Source of the DNA: Escherichia coli
GTDB lineage: Bacteria; Pseudomonadota; Gammaproteobacteria; Enterobacterales; Enterobacteriaceae
Strand: one strand, 5' to 3'
DNA: 64,000 nt
Assembly (NCBI RefSeq): GCF_003334785.1
Contig: NZ_QOWV01000004.1
Notes under the pieces: generated by a model
What the model saw: only the letters and a program-made list of their open reading frames with translations
Database searches by the model: none
Told to the model about the DNA's origin: nothing
Position numbers and translations under genes: made by a program
In this document: in pieces, positions 15,008 to 28,328 of the stretch
Numbering within the stretch: the first letter of the stretch is position 1
How the letters are laid out: each line of letters starts with the position of its first letter

Positions 15008-15008
<1 letters not shown>
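14715..15008 (-). CDS. mlaB: Mla pathway STAS-domain protein MlaB
   Basis: 97 aa from ATG overlapping the mlaC stop (TAATG); MSESLSWMQTGDTLALSGELDQD...; track ORF has a 32-codon upstream extension. Confidence 0.9.
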
Positions 15009-15661
<653 letters not shown>

Positions 15662-16213
15662 TTATTTCGTTGTACCCACAGGTTCAGTGGTTTCATTATT
15701 ACCTGGCGCAGCAGCTGGCGCATCGCCACTATTCTTATTGTCATCGCCTTTACTACCGTAAAGGAACTGACCAATGAGATCTTCCAGCACCATCGCAGAC
15801 TTAGTGTCCTGAATTGTATCGCCATCCTTCAGGATAGCAGTCCCCAGTTCCGGGTCTTCAAAACCGACGTTTAATGCCAGATATTGTTCCCCCAGCAGGC
15901 CGGAAGTACGAATGCTCAGCGAACTGGTATCTGGAATGTGGTTATAACGTTGTTCAATTTCCAGCGTTACGCGCGGCAGATAGGTTTTCGGGTCCAGCGT
16001 AATATCCGCCACCCGACCCACAACAACGCCACCAATACTGACCGGAGAGCGCGCTTTCAGGCCGCCAATGTTATCGAACGTCGCATAAAGCGTGTAGGTC
16101 GGTTCAGTACGTATGGACGTCACGTTCGCCGCCTTCAGGCAAACAAACAGCGCCGCCAGCAGTGCTGCTAATAAAAAGATACCCACCCAAATTTCATTTT
16201 TTTTCGTTTGCAT
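15662..16213 (-). CDS. mlaD: MCE-domain protein MlaD
   Basis: 183 aa from ATG (MQTKKNEIWVGIFLLAALLAALFV...). Confidence 0.95.
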   Translation of the reverse strand: MQTKKNEIWVGIFLLAALLAALFVCLKAANVTSIRTEPTYTLYATFDNIGGLKARSPVSIGGVVVGRVADITLDPKTYLPRVTLEIEQRYNHIPDTSSLSIRTSGLLGEQYLALNVGFEDPELGTAILKDGDTIQDTKSAMVLEDLIGQFLYGSKGDDNKNSGDAPAAAPGNNETTEPVGTTK

Positions 16214-16217
16214 GAAC

Positions 16218-17817
<1,600 letters not shown>

Positions 17818-18026
17818 AATTCACCCTTCGTCTTGCGTTGATTTTCTAAGCATGGCGCTCAATTTAACCTTGAACCCAACATATTTACAGAATATTACCC
17901 GCCGTGGTTAGCGAAAGCTGGCATTTGTTTTACTTTTTAGCCGCATAAAGTCAAAATTAAGCATCCGTTACGGCTTTCTGAAAATCTTCAGCGGACCGGC
18001 GAGTATACCTGAAGAAAGGACGTTAG

Positions 18027-19004
18027 ATGCTTTTAGCTACGGCACTGTTAATTGTTGGTTTACTTTTGGTCGTTTACAGTGCCGACCGCCTGGTTTTTGC
18101 CGCGTCTATTCTTTGCCGAACCTTTGGCATCCCGCCGCTGATCATCGGCATGACGGTGGTCAGTATTGGTACATCGTTACCAGAAGTCATCGTCTCGCTT
18201 GCCGCGTCTCTGCACGAACAACGCGATTTAGCCGTTGGTACAGCCCTCGGCTCAAACATTATCAATATATTGCTGATCCTCGGTCTGGCTGCGCTGGTTC
18301 GTCCTTTTACCGTCCATTCTGATGTTCTACGCCGTGAATTACCCTTAATGTTGTTGGTCAGCGTGGTGGCCGGTTCCGTACTCTATGACGGACAACTTAG
18401 TCGCAGCGATGGTATCTTTCTCCTCTTTCTGGCTGTGCTATGGCTGCTGTTCATTGTTAAACTTGCACGTCAGGCTGAACGTCAGGGGACTGACAGCCTG
18501 ACCAGAGAGCAGCTTGCAGAGCTGCCGCGTGACGGCGGATTGCCCGTCGCGTTTTTATGGCTCGGCATTGCGCTTATCATCATGCCAGTGGCCACGCGGA
18601 TGGTGGTTGATAACGCCACGGTGCTGGCGAATTACTTTGCCATCAGCGAGTTGACGATGGGTCTGACGGCAATTGCTATCGGAACCAGCCTGCCGGAACT
18701 GGCAACCGCAATAGCGGGGGTTCGCAAAGGTGAAAACGACATTGCTGTCGGAAATATCATTGGCGCAAACATTTTTAATATTGTCATCGTGTTGGGTTTA
18801 CCCGCGCTGATAACGCCAGGAGAGATTGATCCACTGGCGTACAGTCGTGACTACAGCGTGATGTTGCTGGTGAGCATTATTTTTGCGTTGCTGTGCTGGC
18901 GGCGCTCCCCGCAACCGGGCCGTGGTGTAGGGGTATTATTAACTGGCGGATTTATCGTATGGCTGGCGATGTTGTACTGGTTATCGCCAATACTCGTTGA
19001 ATAA
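18027..19004 (+). CDS. yrbG: Ca2+/Na+ antiporter-family inner membrane protein YrbG
   Basis: 325 aa; duplicated GTSLPE motifs typical of the CaCA family. Confidence 0.92.
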   Translation: MLLATALLIVGLLLVVYSADRLVFAASILCRTFGIPPLIIGMTVVSIGTSLPEVIVSLAASLHEQRDLAVGTALGSNIINILLILGLAALVRPFTVHSDVLRRELPLMLLVSVVAGSVLYDGQLSRSDGIFLLFLAVLWLLFIVKLARQAERQGTDSLTREQLAELPRDGGLPVAFLWLGIALIIMPVATRMVVDNATVLANYFAISELTMGLTAIAIGTSLPELATAIAGVRKGENDIAVGNIIGANIFNIVIVLGLPALITPGEIDPLAYSRDYSVMLLVSIIFALLCWRRSPQPGRGVGVLLTGGFIVWLAMLYWLSPILVE

Positions 19005-19017
19005 CTGGAAACGCATT

Positions 19018-20004
19018 ATGTCGCACGTAGAGTTACAACCGGGTTTTGACTTTCAGCAAGCAGGTAAAGAAGTCCTGGCGATTGAACGTGAATGCCTGGC
19101 GGAGCTTGATCAATACATCAATCAGAATTTCACGCTTGCCTGTGAAAAGATGTTCTGGTGTAAAGGGAAAGTTGTCGTCATGGGGATGGGAAAATCGGGG
19201 CATATTGGGCGAAAAATGGCGGCAACGTTTGCCAGCACCGGTACACCTTCATTTTTCGTCCATCCTGGTGAAGCCGCGCATGGTGATTTAGGCATGGTTA
19301 CCCCACAGGATGTGGTGATTGCTATCTCTAACTCTGGTGAATCCAGCGAAATCACGGCCTTAATTCCAGTGCTTAAGCGTCTTCACGTACCGTTAATCTG
19401 CATCACCGGTCGCCCGGAGAGCAGCATGGCGCGCGCCGCAGATGTGCATCTGTGTGTTAAAGTAGCGAAAGAAGCCTGTCCGTTAGGGCTGGCACCGACC
19501 AGCAGCACCACCGCCACGCTGGTTATGGGCGATGCCCTCGCTGTCGCGCTGTTAAAAGCACGCGGCTTTACTGCTGAAGATTTTGCGCTCTCACACCCAG
19601 GCGGCGCACTGGGTCGTAAACTTCTGCTGCGCGTAAACGATATTATGCATACGGGCGATGAGATCCCGCATGTTAAGAAAACGGCCAGTCTGCGTGACGC
19701 GTTGCTGGAAGTTACCCGCAAAAATCTTGGTATGACTGTCATTTGCGATGACAATATGATGATTGAAGGCATCTTTACCGACGGTGATTTACGCCGTGTC
19801 TTCGATATGGGCGTGGATGTTCGTCAGTTAAGTATTGCCGATGTGATGACGCCGGGGGGAATACGTGTGCGCCCTGGCATTCTGGCCGTTGAGGCACTGA
19901 ACTTAATGCAGTCCCGCCATATCACCTCCGTGATGGTTGCCGATGGCGACCATTTACTCGGTGTGTTACATATGCATGATTTACTGCGTGCAGGCGTAGT
20001 GTAA
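19018..20004 (+). CDS. kdsD: D-arabinose 5-phosphate isomerase KdsD
   Basis: 328 aa from ATG (MSHVELQPGFDFQQAGKEVLAIERE...); SIS domain plus tandem CBS. Confidence 0.95.
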   Translation: MSHVELQPGFDFQQAGKEVLAIERECLAELDQYINQNFTLACEKMFWCKGKVVVMGMGKSGHIGRKMAATFASTGTPSFFVHPGEAAHGDLGMVTPQDVVIAISNSGESSEITALIPVLKRLHVPLICITGRPESSMARAADVHLCVKVAKEACPLGLAPTSSTTATLVMGDALAVALLKARGFTAEDFALSHPGGALGRKLLLRVNDIMHTGDEIPHVKKTASLRDALLEVTRKNLGMTVICDDNMMIEGIFTDGDLRRVFDMGVDVRQLSIADVMTPGGIRVRPGILAVEALNLMQSRHITSVMVADGDHLLGVLHMHDLLRAGVV

Positions 20005-20024
20005 AGATTCAAGGATAAACAACA

Positions 20025-20591
20025 ATGAGCAAAGCAGGTGCGTCGCTTGCGACCTGTTACGGCCCTGTCAGCGCCGACGTTATAGCAAAAGCAGAGAACA
20101 TTCGTCTGCTGATCCTCGATGTCGATGGCGTACTGTCAGATGGCCTGATTTATATGGGCAATAATGGCGAAGAGCTGAAAGCGTTCAATGTTCGTGACGG
20201 TTATGGCATTCGTTGTGCGCTCACCTCTGATATTGAAGTCGCTATCATTACCGGGCGAAAGGCTAAACTGGTAGAAGATCGTTGTGCCACATTGGGGATC
20301 ACTCACTTGTATCAGGGGCAGTCAAACAAACTGATCGCCTTTAGCGATCTGCTGGAAAAACTGGCGATTGCCCCGGAAAATGTGGCTTATGTCGGCGATG
20401 ATCTCATCGACTGGCCGGTAATGGAAAAAGTGGGTTTAAGCGTCGCCGTGGCCGATGCGCATCCACTGTTGATCCCGCGCGCCGATTACGTGACGCGCAT
20501 TGCTGGCGGTCGTGGCGCAGTGCGCGAAGTTTGCGACTTATTACTCCTGGCGCAGGGCAAACTGGATGAAGCCAAAGGGCAATCGATATGA
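20025..20591 (+). CDS. kdsC: KDO 8-phosphate phosphatase KdsC
   Basis: 188 aa; HAD motif LLILDVDGVLSDG. Confidence 0.95.
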   Translation: MSKAGASLATCYGPVSADVIAKAENIRLLILDVDGVLSDGLIYMGNNGEELKAFNVRDGYGIRCALTSDIEVAIITGRKAKLVEDRCATLGITHLYQGQSNKLIAFSDLLEKLAIAPENVAYVGDDLIDWPVMEKVGLSVAVADAHPLLIPRADYVTRIAGGRGAVREVCDLLLLAQGKLDEAKGQSI

Positions 20592-21163
20592 GTAAAGCCA
20601 GACGTTGGGTTATCATTGTGCTATCACTGGCGGTTCTGGTGATGATCGGCATTAATATGGCCGAAAAAGACGATACCGCCCAGGTGGTCGTCAACAACAA
20701 TGATCCCACCTATAAAAGCGAGCATACGGACACGCTCGTCTATAACCCAGAAGGGGCACTAAGCTATCGATTGATTGCTCAACACGTTGAATATTATTCC
20801 GATCAGGCCGTTTCGTGGTTTACGCAGCCGGTACTTACCACGTTTGATAAGGATAAAATCCCGACATGGTCCGTAAAAGCAGATAAAGCCAAGCTGACCA
20901 ATGACCGGATGCTCTATTTATATGGACACGTTGAAGTCAACGCACTTGTGCCAGACTCTCAACTTCGCAGAATCACGACGGATAACGCGCAGATCAATCT
21001 GGTGACGCAGGATGTTACCTCTGAAGACCTCGTCACGTTATACGGAACAACATTTAACTCCAGCGGTCTGAAAATGCGCGGCAACTTACGCAGCAAGAAC
21101 GCCGAGCTGATTGAAAAGGTTAGAACATCCTATGAAATTCAAAACAAACAAACTCAGCCTTAA
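20588..21163 (+). CDS. lptC: LPS export protein LptC
   Basis: 191 aa; MSKARRWVIIVLSLAVLVMIGINMAEKDD...; start overlaps kdsC stop (ATGA). Confidence 0.95.
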   Translation: MSKARRWVIIVLSLAVLVMIGINMAEKDDTAQVVVNNNDPTYKSEHTDTLVYNPEGALSYRLIAQHVEYYSDQAVSWFTQPVLTTFDKDKIPTWSVKADKAKLTNDRMLYLYGHVEVNALVPDSQLRRITTDNAQINLVTQDVTSEDLVTLYGTTFNSSGLKMRGNLRSKNAELIEKVRTSYEIQNKQTQP

Positions 21164-21689
21164 TCTTGTGCTTGCCAGCTCACTTCTGGCCGCCAGCATT
21201 CCGGCATTTGCCGTAACCGGAGACACTGATCAGCCGATCCACATTGAATCGGACCAGCAATCTCTTGATATGCAAGGCAACGTGGTTACCTTTACCGGTA
21301 ATGTCATCGTCACCCAGGGCACCATCAAAATTAATGCCGACAAAGTGGTCGTTACCCGTCCGGGCGGCGAACAAGGTAAAGAAGTGATTGACGGCTACGG
21401 TAAACCGGCAACGTTCTACCAGATGCAGGACAACGGTAAACCCGTTGAAGGTCACGCTTCCCAGATGCACTACGAACTGGCAAAAGATTTTGTCGTTCTG
21501 ACGGGTAATGCTTATCTGCAGCAGGTCGATAGCAACATTAAGGGCGATAAGATCACTTACCTGGTGAAAGAGCAGAAAATGCAGGCTTTCAGCGACAAAG
21601 GCAAGCGCGTAACAACCGTTCTGGTGCCGTCTCAGCTGCAGGACAAAAACAACAAAGGCCAGACCCCGGCACAGAAGAAGGGTAATTAA
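21132..21689 (+). CDS. lptA: LPS export periplasmic protein LptA
   Basis: 185 aa from ATG (MKFKTNKLSLNLVLASSLLAASIPAFA...); overlaps lptC 3' end by 32 nt. Confidence 0.95.
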   Translation: MKFKTNKLSLNLVLASSLLAASIPAFAVTGDTDQPIHIESDQQSLDMQGNVVTFTGNVIVTQGTIKINADKVVVTRPGGEQGKEVIDGYGKPATFYQMQDNGKPVEGHASQMHYELAKDFVVLTGNAYLQQVDSNIKGDKITYLVKEQKMQAFSDKGKRVTTVLVPSQLQDKNNKGQTPAQKKGN

Positions 21690-21695
21690 TTCGTT

Positions 21696-22421
21696 ATGGC
21701 AACATTAACTGCAAAGAACCTTGCAAAAGCCTATAAAGGCCGTCGCGTGGTAGAAGACGTCAGCCTGACCGTCAACTCCGGGGAAATTGTCGGTCTGCTG
21801 GGGCCAAACGGTGCCGGTAAGACCACCACTTTCTACATGGTTGTAGGCATTGTGCCGCGCGATGCGGGCAACATCATTATTGATGATGACGATATCAGTC
21901 TGCTGCCTCTGCATGCACGCGCGCGCCGCGGTATCGGCTATCTGCCACAGGAAGCCTCCATTTTCCGTCGCCTCAGCGTTTACGATAACCTGATGGCGGT
22001 ACTGCAAATTCGTGACGACTTGTCTGCTGAACAACGTGAAGACCGCGCGAACGAGCTGATGGAAGAGTTTCACATTGAGCACCTGCGTGACAGCATGGGG
22101 CAGTCACTCTCCGGGGGTGAACGTCGCCGTGTAGAAATTGCCCGCGCACTGGCTGCGAATCCGAAATTTATTCTGCTCGACGAACCGTTTGCCGGGGTTG
22201 ACCCGATCTCGGTTATCGACATTAAACGCATCATTGAGCACCTGCGCGACAGCGGCCTGGGCGTGCTGATCACTGACCACAACGTGCGTGAAACACTGGC
22301 GGTTTGTGAACGCGCTTATATCGTCAGTCAGGGGCATTTGATCGCCCACGGCACGCCTACAGAAATCTTACAAGACGAACACGTTAAGCGTGTATACCTT
22401 GGGGAAGACTTCAGACTCTGA
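21696..22421 (+). CDS. lptB: LPS export ABC ATPase LptB
   Basis: 241 aa; Walker [10 protein letters not shown], signature LSGGERRR. Confidence 0.97.
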
Positions 22422-22468
22422 TAGGGTAGAAGTTTGCGACGTTTTAGCAGGAGAGTACGATTCTGAAC

Positions 22469-23902
22469 ATGAAGCAAGGTTTGCAACTCAGGCTTAGCCA
22501 ACAACTGGCGATGACGCCACAGCTCCAACAGGCAATTCGTCTGTTGCAGTTGTCGACGCTGGAACTTCAGCAGGAGCTACAGCAGGCGCTGGAGAGTAAT
22601 CCGCTGCTTGAGCAAATCGACACTCATGAAGAAATCGACACCCGCGAAACGCAAGACAGTGAAACGCTGGACACCGCCGACGCGCTCGAACAAAAAGAGA
22701 TGCCGGAAGAGCTGCCGCTCGATGCCAGTTGGGACACCATTTACACCGCTGGTACACCATCCGGCACCAGCGGTGACTACATTGACGACGAGCTGCCGGT
22801 CTACCAGGGCGAAACGACGCAGACCTTGCAGGATTACCTGATGTGGCAGGTTGAGCTGACACCGTTTTCCGACACTGACCGCGCTATTGCTACCTCTATC
22901 GTCGATGCCGTTGATGAAACCGGTTATCTGACTGTCCCGCTGGAAGATATTCTCGAAAGTATAGGCGATGAAGAGATCGACATCGACGAAGTTGAAGCCG
23001 TCCTTAAGCGGATCCAACGGTTTGATCCGGTCGGTGTGGCGGCAAAAGATCTGCGTGACTGTCTGCTGATCCAACTCTCCCAATTCGATAAGACCACGCC
23101 GTGGCTGGAAGAGGCCAGACTGATCATTAGCGATCATCTCGATCTGTTAGCCAATCACGACTTCCGCACTTTAATGCGCGTCACGCGTCTGAAAGAAGAT
23201 GTGCTGAAAGAAGCCGTCAATCTGATCCAGTCGCTCGATCCGCGCCCCGGGCAGTCGATCCAGACTGGCGAACCTGAGTATGTCATTCCAGATGTGCTGG
23301 TGCGTAAGCATAACGGTCACTGGACGGTAGAACTCAACAGTGACAGCATTCCGCGTCTGCAAATCAACCAGCACTACGCCTCGATGTGCAATAACGCGCG
23401 CAACGATGGTGACAGCCAGTTTATCCGCAGCAATCTGCAGGATGCCAAATGGTTGATCAAGAGTCTGGAAAGCCGTAACGATACGCTACTGCGCGTGAGT
23501 CGCTGTATCGTTGAACAGCAGCAAGCCTTCTTTGAGCAAGGTGAAGAATATATGAAACCGATGGTACTGGCCGATATCGCCCAGGCTGTCGAAATGCATG
23601 AATCGACGATATCTCGCGTGACCACGCAAAAATACCTGCATAGTCCACGAGGCATTTTTGAACTGAAGTATTTCTTTTCCAGTCACGTCAATACCGAGGG
23701 CGGCGGCGAAGCTTCCTCCACGGCGATTCGTGCGCTGGTGAAGAAATTAATCGCGGCGGAAAACCCAGCGAAACCGTTGAGCGACAGCAAGTTAACCTCT
23801 TTGCTGTCGGAACAAGGTATCATGGTGGCACGCCGCACTGTTGCGAAGTACCGAGAGTCTTTATCCATTCCGCCGTCAAACCAGCGTAAACAACTCGTTT
23901 GA
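22469..23902 (+). CDS. rpoN: RNA polymerase sigma-54 factor
   Basis: 477 aa; [33 protein letters not shown]...; C-terminal RpoN box [10 protein letters not shown]. Confidence 0.97.
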   Translation: MKQGLQLRLSQQLAMTPQLQQAIRLLQLSTLELQQELQQALESNPLLEQIDTHEEIDTRETQDSETLDTADALEQKEMPEELPLDASWDTIYTAGTPSGTSGDYIDDELPVYQGETTQTLQDYLMWQVELTPFSDTDRAIATSIVDAVDETGYLTVPLEDILESIGDEEIDIDEVEAVLKRIQRFDPVGVAAKDLRDCLLIQLSQFDKTTPWLEEARLIISDHLDLLANHDFRTLMRVTRLKEDVLKEAVNLIQSLDPRPGQSIQTGEPEYVIPDVLVRKHNGHWTVELNSDSIPRLQINQHYASMCNNARNDGDSQFIRSNLQDAKWLIKSLESRNDTLLRVSRCIVEQQQAFFEQGEEYMKPMVLADIAQAVEMHESTISRVTTQKYLHSPRGIFELKYFFSSHVNTEGGGEASSTAIRALVKKLIAAENPAKPLSDSKLTSLLSEQGIMVARRTVAKYRESLSIPPSNQRKQLV

Positions 23903-23924
23903 CCCAACCGATAAGGAAGACACT

Positions 23925-24212
23925 ATGCAGCTCAACATTACCGGAAATAACGTCGAGATCACCGAGGCACTGCGCGAATTTGTTACAGCCAAATTTGCCA
24001 AACTTGAGCAATATTTTGACCGAATCAACCAGGTCTATGTTGTTCTGAAAGTGGAGAAAGTCACCCACACCTCAGATGCAACACTGCATGTAAACGGTGG
24101 TGAAATTCATGCCAGCGCGGAAGGTCAGGACATGTACGCTGCCATTGATGGCTTAATTGATAAGCTGGCACGCCAGTTGACCAAACATAAAGATAAACTG
24201 AAACAACACTAA
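23925..24212 (+). CDS. hpf: Ribosome hibernation promoting factor
   Basis: 95 aa from ATG (MQLNITGNNVEITEALREFVTAKF...); track ORF has a 28-codon upstream extension. Confidence 0.95.
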   Translation: MQLNITGNNVEITEALREFVTAKFAKLEQYFDRINQVYVVLKVEKVTHTSDATLHVNGGEIHASAEGQDMYAAIDGLIDKLARQLTKHKDKLKQH

Positions 24213-24329
24213 TTGTCCGGGCAATTAGCATGTGCATGGCGGTCTGTTGTGCGGCACAACGGGCCATTTGTACGGTTAATGCTCCGAGCCTGTTCCACTG
24301 TTTGAGTGGGCAGGTTCTTAGGTGAAATT

Positions 24330-24821
24330 ATGACAAATAATGATACAACTCTACAGCTTAGCAGTGTTCTTAACAGGGAATGTACGCGAAGCCGCGTCCA
24401 CTGTCAGAGCAAAAAACGCGCCCTGGAAATCATCAGCGAGCTGGCGGCGAAACAACTTAGCCTGCCGCCTCAGGTGGTTTTTGAAGCTATCCTGACGCGG
24501 GAAAAAATGGGCAGTACCGGTATCGGCAATGGTATTGCCATTCCGCATGGCAAACTGGAAGAAGATACTCTGCGCGCCGTTGGCGTTTTCGTTCAGCTCG
24601 AAACGCCTATAGCTTTCGATGCCATCGACAACCAACCGGTGGACTTACTTTTTGCCCTGCTGGTGCCGGCAGACCAAACTAAAACGCACCTGCATACTCT
24701 GTCGCTGGTGGCGAAACGTCTGGCGGACAAAACCATCTGCCGCCGTTTACGCGCAGCCCAGAGCGATGAAGAGCTGTATCAAATCATTACGGATACCGAA
24801 GGTACTCCGGATGAAGCGTAG
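24330..24821 (+). CDS. ptsN: Nitrogen-related PTS protein EIIA-Ntr
   Basis: 163 aa from ATG (MTNNDTTLQLSSVLNRE...); IAIPHGK phosphohistidine motif. Confidence 0.95.
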   Translation: MTNNDTTLQLSSVLNRECTRSRVHCQSKKRALEIISELAAKQLSLPPQVVFEAILTREKMGSTGIGNGIAIPHGKLEEDTLRAVGVFVQLETPIAFDAIDNQPVDLLFALLVPADQTKTHLHTLSLVAKRLADKTICRRLRAAQSDEELYQIITDTEGTPDEA

Positions 24822-24866
24822 TTATTCGGTAATGTCTCTTTTAGACGTTGTGAGGAGAAACAGTAC

Positions 24867-25721
24867 ATGGTACTGATGATCGTCAGCGGACGTTCAGGTT
24901 CAGGTAAATCTGTCGCCCTGCGTGCGCTGGAAGATATGGGTTTTTACTGCGTGGATAACCTTCCCGTAGTGTTGTTACCCGATCTGGCTCGAACCCTGGC
25001 CGATCGCGAGATTTCTGCCGCCGTCAGCATTGATGTTCGTAATATGCCGGAGTCACCAGAAATATTCGAACAGGCGATGAGTAACCTGCCTGACGCTTTC
25101 TCACCGCAACTCCTGTTCCTGGATGCCGACCGTAATACCTTAATTCGTCGTTACAGTGACACGCGCCGACTGCATCCGCTTTCCAGCAAAAACCTGTCGC
25201 TGGAAAGTGCTATCGACAAAGAAAGCGATTTGCTGGAGCCTCTGCGTTCGCGAGCGGATCTGATTGTCGATACCTCAGAAATGTCCGTTCACGAGCTGGC
25301 TGAAATGCTGCGTACCCGTCTGCTGGGTAAACGTGAACGCGAACTGACCATGGTCTTTGAGTCTTTCGGCTTCAAACACGGTATCCCTATCGATGCAGAT
25401 TACGTCTTTGACGTGCGCTTCTTGCCGAACCCGCACTGGGATCCGAAACTGCGTCCAATGACAGGTCTTGATAAACCTGTCGCCGCGTTCCTCGACCGCC
25501 ACACAGAAGTACACAATTTTATCTACCAGACGCGAAGCTATCTTGAGCTATGGTTACCTATGCTGGAAACCAACAACCGTAGCTACTTGACGGTCGCCAT
25601 TGGTTGTACCGGCGGGAAGCACCGTTCGGTGTATATTGCAGAGCAACTGGCAGACTACTTCCGCTCGCGCGGTAAAAACGTCCAGTCACGCCATCGTACG
25701 CTGGAAAAACGTAAACCATGA
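24867..25721 (+). CDS. rapZ: RNase adaptor protein RapZ (YhbJ)
   Basis: 284 aa; [23 protein letters not shown]... P-loop. Confidence 0.96.
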
Positions 25722-25990
25722 CCGTCAAGCAAACTGTTGAAATCACAAACAAGCTGGGCATGCATGCCCGGCCTGCAATGAAGCTGTTTGAATTAATGCA
25801 GGGTTTTGACGCTGAAGTGCTCTTACGTAATGACGAAGGCACCGAGGCTGAAGCCAACAGCGTTATTGCGCTGCTGATGTTGGATTCTGCCAAAGGACGG
25901 CAGATTGAAGTTGAAGCGACCGGTCCACAGGAAGAGGAAGCACTGGCCGCCGTTATCGCCCTCTTTAATTCTGGTTTTGATGAAGATTAA
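25718..25990 (+). CDS. ptsO: Phosphocarrier protein NPr
   Basis: 90 aa; [26 protein letters not shown]...; start overlaps rapZ stop (ATGA). Confidence 0.95.
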
Positions 25991-26136
25991 TCTTCATCAC
26001 TTTGACATACAACTCCCTTCAAACTCCCCCCGACAATAAGAAAATCACGTACTGAAATCGTTCTCAATCAACGTCATTTGTACATTTTGTGCGCTTTTCA
26101 CTTTCAGAAGAACCTTAAGAAAACCTTAAGAGGCAT

Positions 26137-26153
26137 TGTTTAGGTTTTGTTTA
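26137..26153 (+). promoter_or_regulatory. Candidate PhoP box (direct repeat TGTTTA-N5-TGTTTA) upstream of yrbL
   Basis: TGTTTAGGTTTTGTTTA about 50 nt upstream of the yrbL start; matches the recalled PhoP direct-repeat consensus. Confidence 0.55.
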
Positions 26154-26203
26154 AGTTAATCGACCATACTGGAGATCGTCAGAAAATATTTCCAGGAGAT
26201 GGC

Positions 26204-26836
26204 ATGATTCGCTTATCTGAACAAAGTCCCCTGGGCACCGGAAGACATCGGAAATGTTATGCGCATCCGGAAGATGCCCAACGCTGTATCAAGATTGTCT
26301 ACCATCGTGGCGATGGTGGCGATAAAGAGATCCGCCGTGAGTTAAAGTACTACGCGCATCTTGGTCGCCGGTTAAAAGACTGGAGTGGAATACCGCGCTA
26401 TCACGGTACCGTTGAGACGGATTGCGGAACCGGTTATGTCTACGATGTGATTGCAGATTTTGACGGCAAGCCTTCCATTACGCTGACCGAATTTGCTGAA
26501 CAATGCCGTTACGAAGAAGACATTGCACAACTGCGCCAGCTACTGAAACAGCTGAAGCGTTATTTGCAGGATAACCGTATCGTGACGATGTCGCTGAAGC
26601 CGCAGAATATCCTCTGTCACCGCATCAGTGAGTCAGAGGTTATCCCGGTCGTCTGCGACAACATTGGTGAAAGCACATTGATTCCACTGGCGACCTGGTC
26701 GAAGTGGTGTTGTCTGCGTAAGCAAGAGCGGTTATGGAAACGATTTATCGCCCAACCGGCGCTGGCTATTGCCCTGCAGAAAGATCTGCAACCTCGTGAG
26801 AGCAAAACGCTGGCCCTCACTTCGCGCGAAGCTTAA
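26204..26836 (+). CDS. yrbL: Uncharacterized protein YrbL
   Basis: 210 aa from ATG ([34 protein letters not shown]...); track ORF has a 19-codon extension. Confidence 0.85.
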   Translation: MIRLSEQSPLGTGRHRKCYAHPEDAQRCIKIVYHRGDGGDKEIRRELKYYAHLGRRLKDWSGIPRYHGTVETDCGTGYVYDVIADFDGKPSITLTEFAEQCRYEEDIAQLRQLLKQLKRYLQDNRIVTMSLKPQNILCHRISESEVIPVVCDNIGESTLIPLATWSKWCCLRKQERLWKRFIAQPALAIALQKDLQPRESKTLALTSREA

Positions 26837-27561
26837 TCCAGCTGGTGTTGTTGCATAAACGGCTCACCGCCTAACTGATACATCTGCCGTAAAATCCACG
26901 CCTGACGGCTACGCACGTAGCCCGATGGCGAGGAGACTTTGAAACGAAGTGGATTAGGTAATACAGCTGCCAGTAATGCAGCTTCCGACCGGGTAAGTTT
27001 GCTCGCGGGTTTGTGGAAATAACGTTGTGCCGCAGCTTCGACGCCAAACACACCGTCGCCAAATTCGGCGATATTCAGGTAAACCGTCAGGATACGCTTT
27101 TTGCTCCAGACCGTTTCTATCCCCAGCGTTAATCCGGCTTCCAGCCCTTTTCGAACCCAGCTACGCCCATCCCATAAAAAGAGATTTTTGGCTGTCTGTT
27201 GAGAAATCGTTGAAGCACCGCGAATACGGTTTTCATTGCGCTCGTTGTGCGCCAGGGCTTTCTCAATGGAAGCGACATCAAAGCCCCAGTGCTCAGGAAA
27301 TTTCTGATCTTCTGCGGCAATCACCGCCAGTCCCATCCACGGCGAGATTTGATCCATACTGACCCAGTCAGAATGTGCCACGTAACGAAAATTGCCATGC
27401 AGCCAGGCGCTGACCTGTCGCTCGACCATTACCGCTGAGAAGGGAACAGGCGCAACGCTAAACAACGCGATGCCCCCGCCCCAGAAAACGGCGAGGACAA
27501 CCATTAACCGCAAAAGAAAACGGCGAACGAAACTAAACACCGTTAAGCGGCTTTTACTCAT
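26833..27561 (-). CDS. mtgA: Monofunctional peptidoglycan glycosyltransferase
   Basis: 242 aa; [30 protein letters not shown]...; EDQKF and RGASTISQQ transglycosylase motifs. Confidence 0.95.
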   Translation of the reverse strand: MSKSRLTVFSFVRRFLLRLMVVLAVFWGGGIALFSVAPVPFSAVMVERQVSAWLHGNFRYVAHSDWVSMDQISPWMGLAVIAAEDQKFPEHWGFDVASIEKALAHNERNENRIRGASTISQQTAKNLFLWDGRSWVRKGLEAGLTLGIETVWSKKRILTVYLNIAEFGDGVFGVEAAAQRYFHKPASKLTRSEAALLAAVLPNPLRFKVSSPSGYVRSRQAWILRQMYQLGGEPFMQQHQLD

Positions 27562-28211
27562 TCAGCCAGAACCAGCACGCGGGAAACCAGCTTATCAATG
27601 CCGCTCGCCGCTTCTGCAATGTTCTGCGCCAGCATATATGCTGGGGTGGTGACAATCTTATTGTCTTCATCAACCACGATATCATCGACAGGACACGGCA
27701 CATGCTCCGCGCCCATCTCTTCCAGCACTTCTGCGGTATCGATATCAGTACCGATGGTCAAACGCAGCGGGAAATCGAAAATTTTCGGCAGCATCGCCGG
27801 GGCAATACACATAAAACCAAGCGGTTTTCCGGCCTGATGCATCGCTTGTGCCAGCGCCTTTAATTCACGGTCAACGGTGCATTCGCTACCAAGACTGGCA
27901 AAATTGCTTAAATTCTTCGCCGCGCCAAACCCCCCCGGCACAATCAACGCATCCAGTTCAGCGGCATCGGCCTGGGCCAGAGGACGGATTTCACCGCGCG
28001 TTATTCGTGCCGCTTCAATCAGCACATTGCGCGTTTCCGTCATCGCTTCGCCAGTTAAATGGTTGATAACATCAACCTGCTGCTTATCCGGTGCAAAGCA
28101 GACCGCCTGCGCACCGCTGCGTGAAATAGCTAACAACGTCAACACCGCTTCATGAATTTCAGAACCGTCATAGACGCCGCATCCGCTCAGAATTACGCCA
28201 ATTTTCTTCAT
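27558..28211 (-). CDS. elbB: DJ-1/PfpI-like protein ElbB
   Basis: 217 aa from ATG ([23 protein letters not shown]...). Confidence 0.92.
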   Translation of the reverse strand: MKKIGVILSGCGVYDGSEIHEAVLTLLAISRSGAQAVCFAPDKQQVDVINHLTGEAMTETRNVLIEAARITRGEIRPLAQADAAELDALIVPGGFGAAKNLSNFASLGSECTVDRELKALAQAMHQAGKPLGFMCIAPAMLPKIFDFPLRLTIGTDIDTAEVLEEMGAEHVPCPVDDIVVDEDNKIVTTPAYMLAQNIAEAASGIDKLVSRVLVLAE

Positions 28212-28328
28212 TGTGATCATCCTTTCGCAATTGACTGAAACACATTAATTTTTTTAATAAAAATGGTACGCATCACACATTTAACTGATTCATGTAACAA
28301 ATCATTTAAGTTTTGCTATCTTAACTGC

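Noticed and set aside
23815-23845. Possible sigma-54 promoter (TGGCAC ... TTGC) near the rpoN 3' end
   Set aside because: Spacing between the GG and GC elements is about 14 nt rather than the 10 nt of the -24/-12 consensus.
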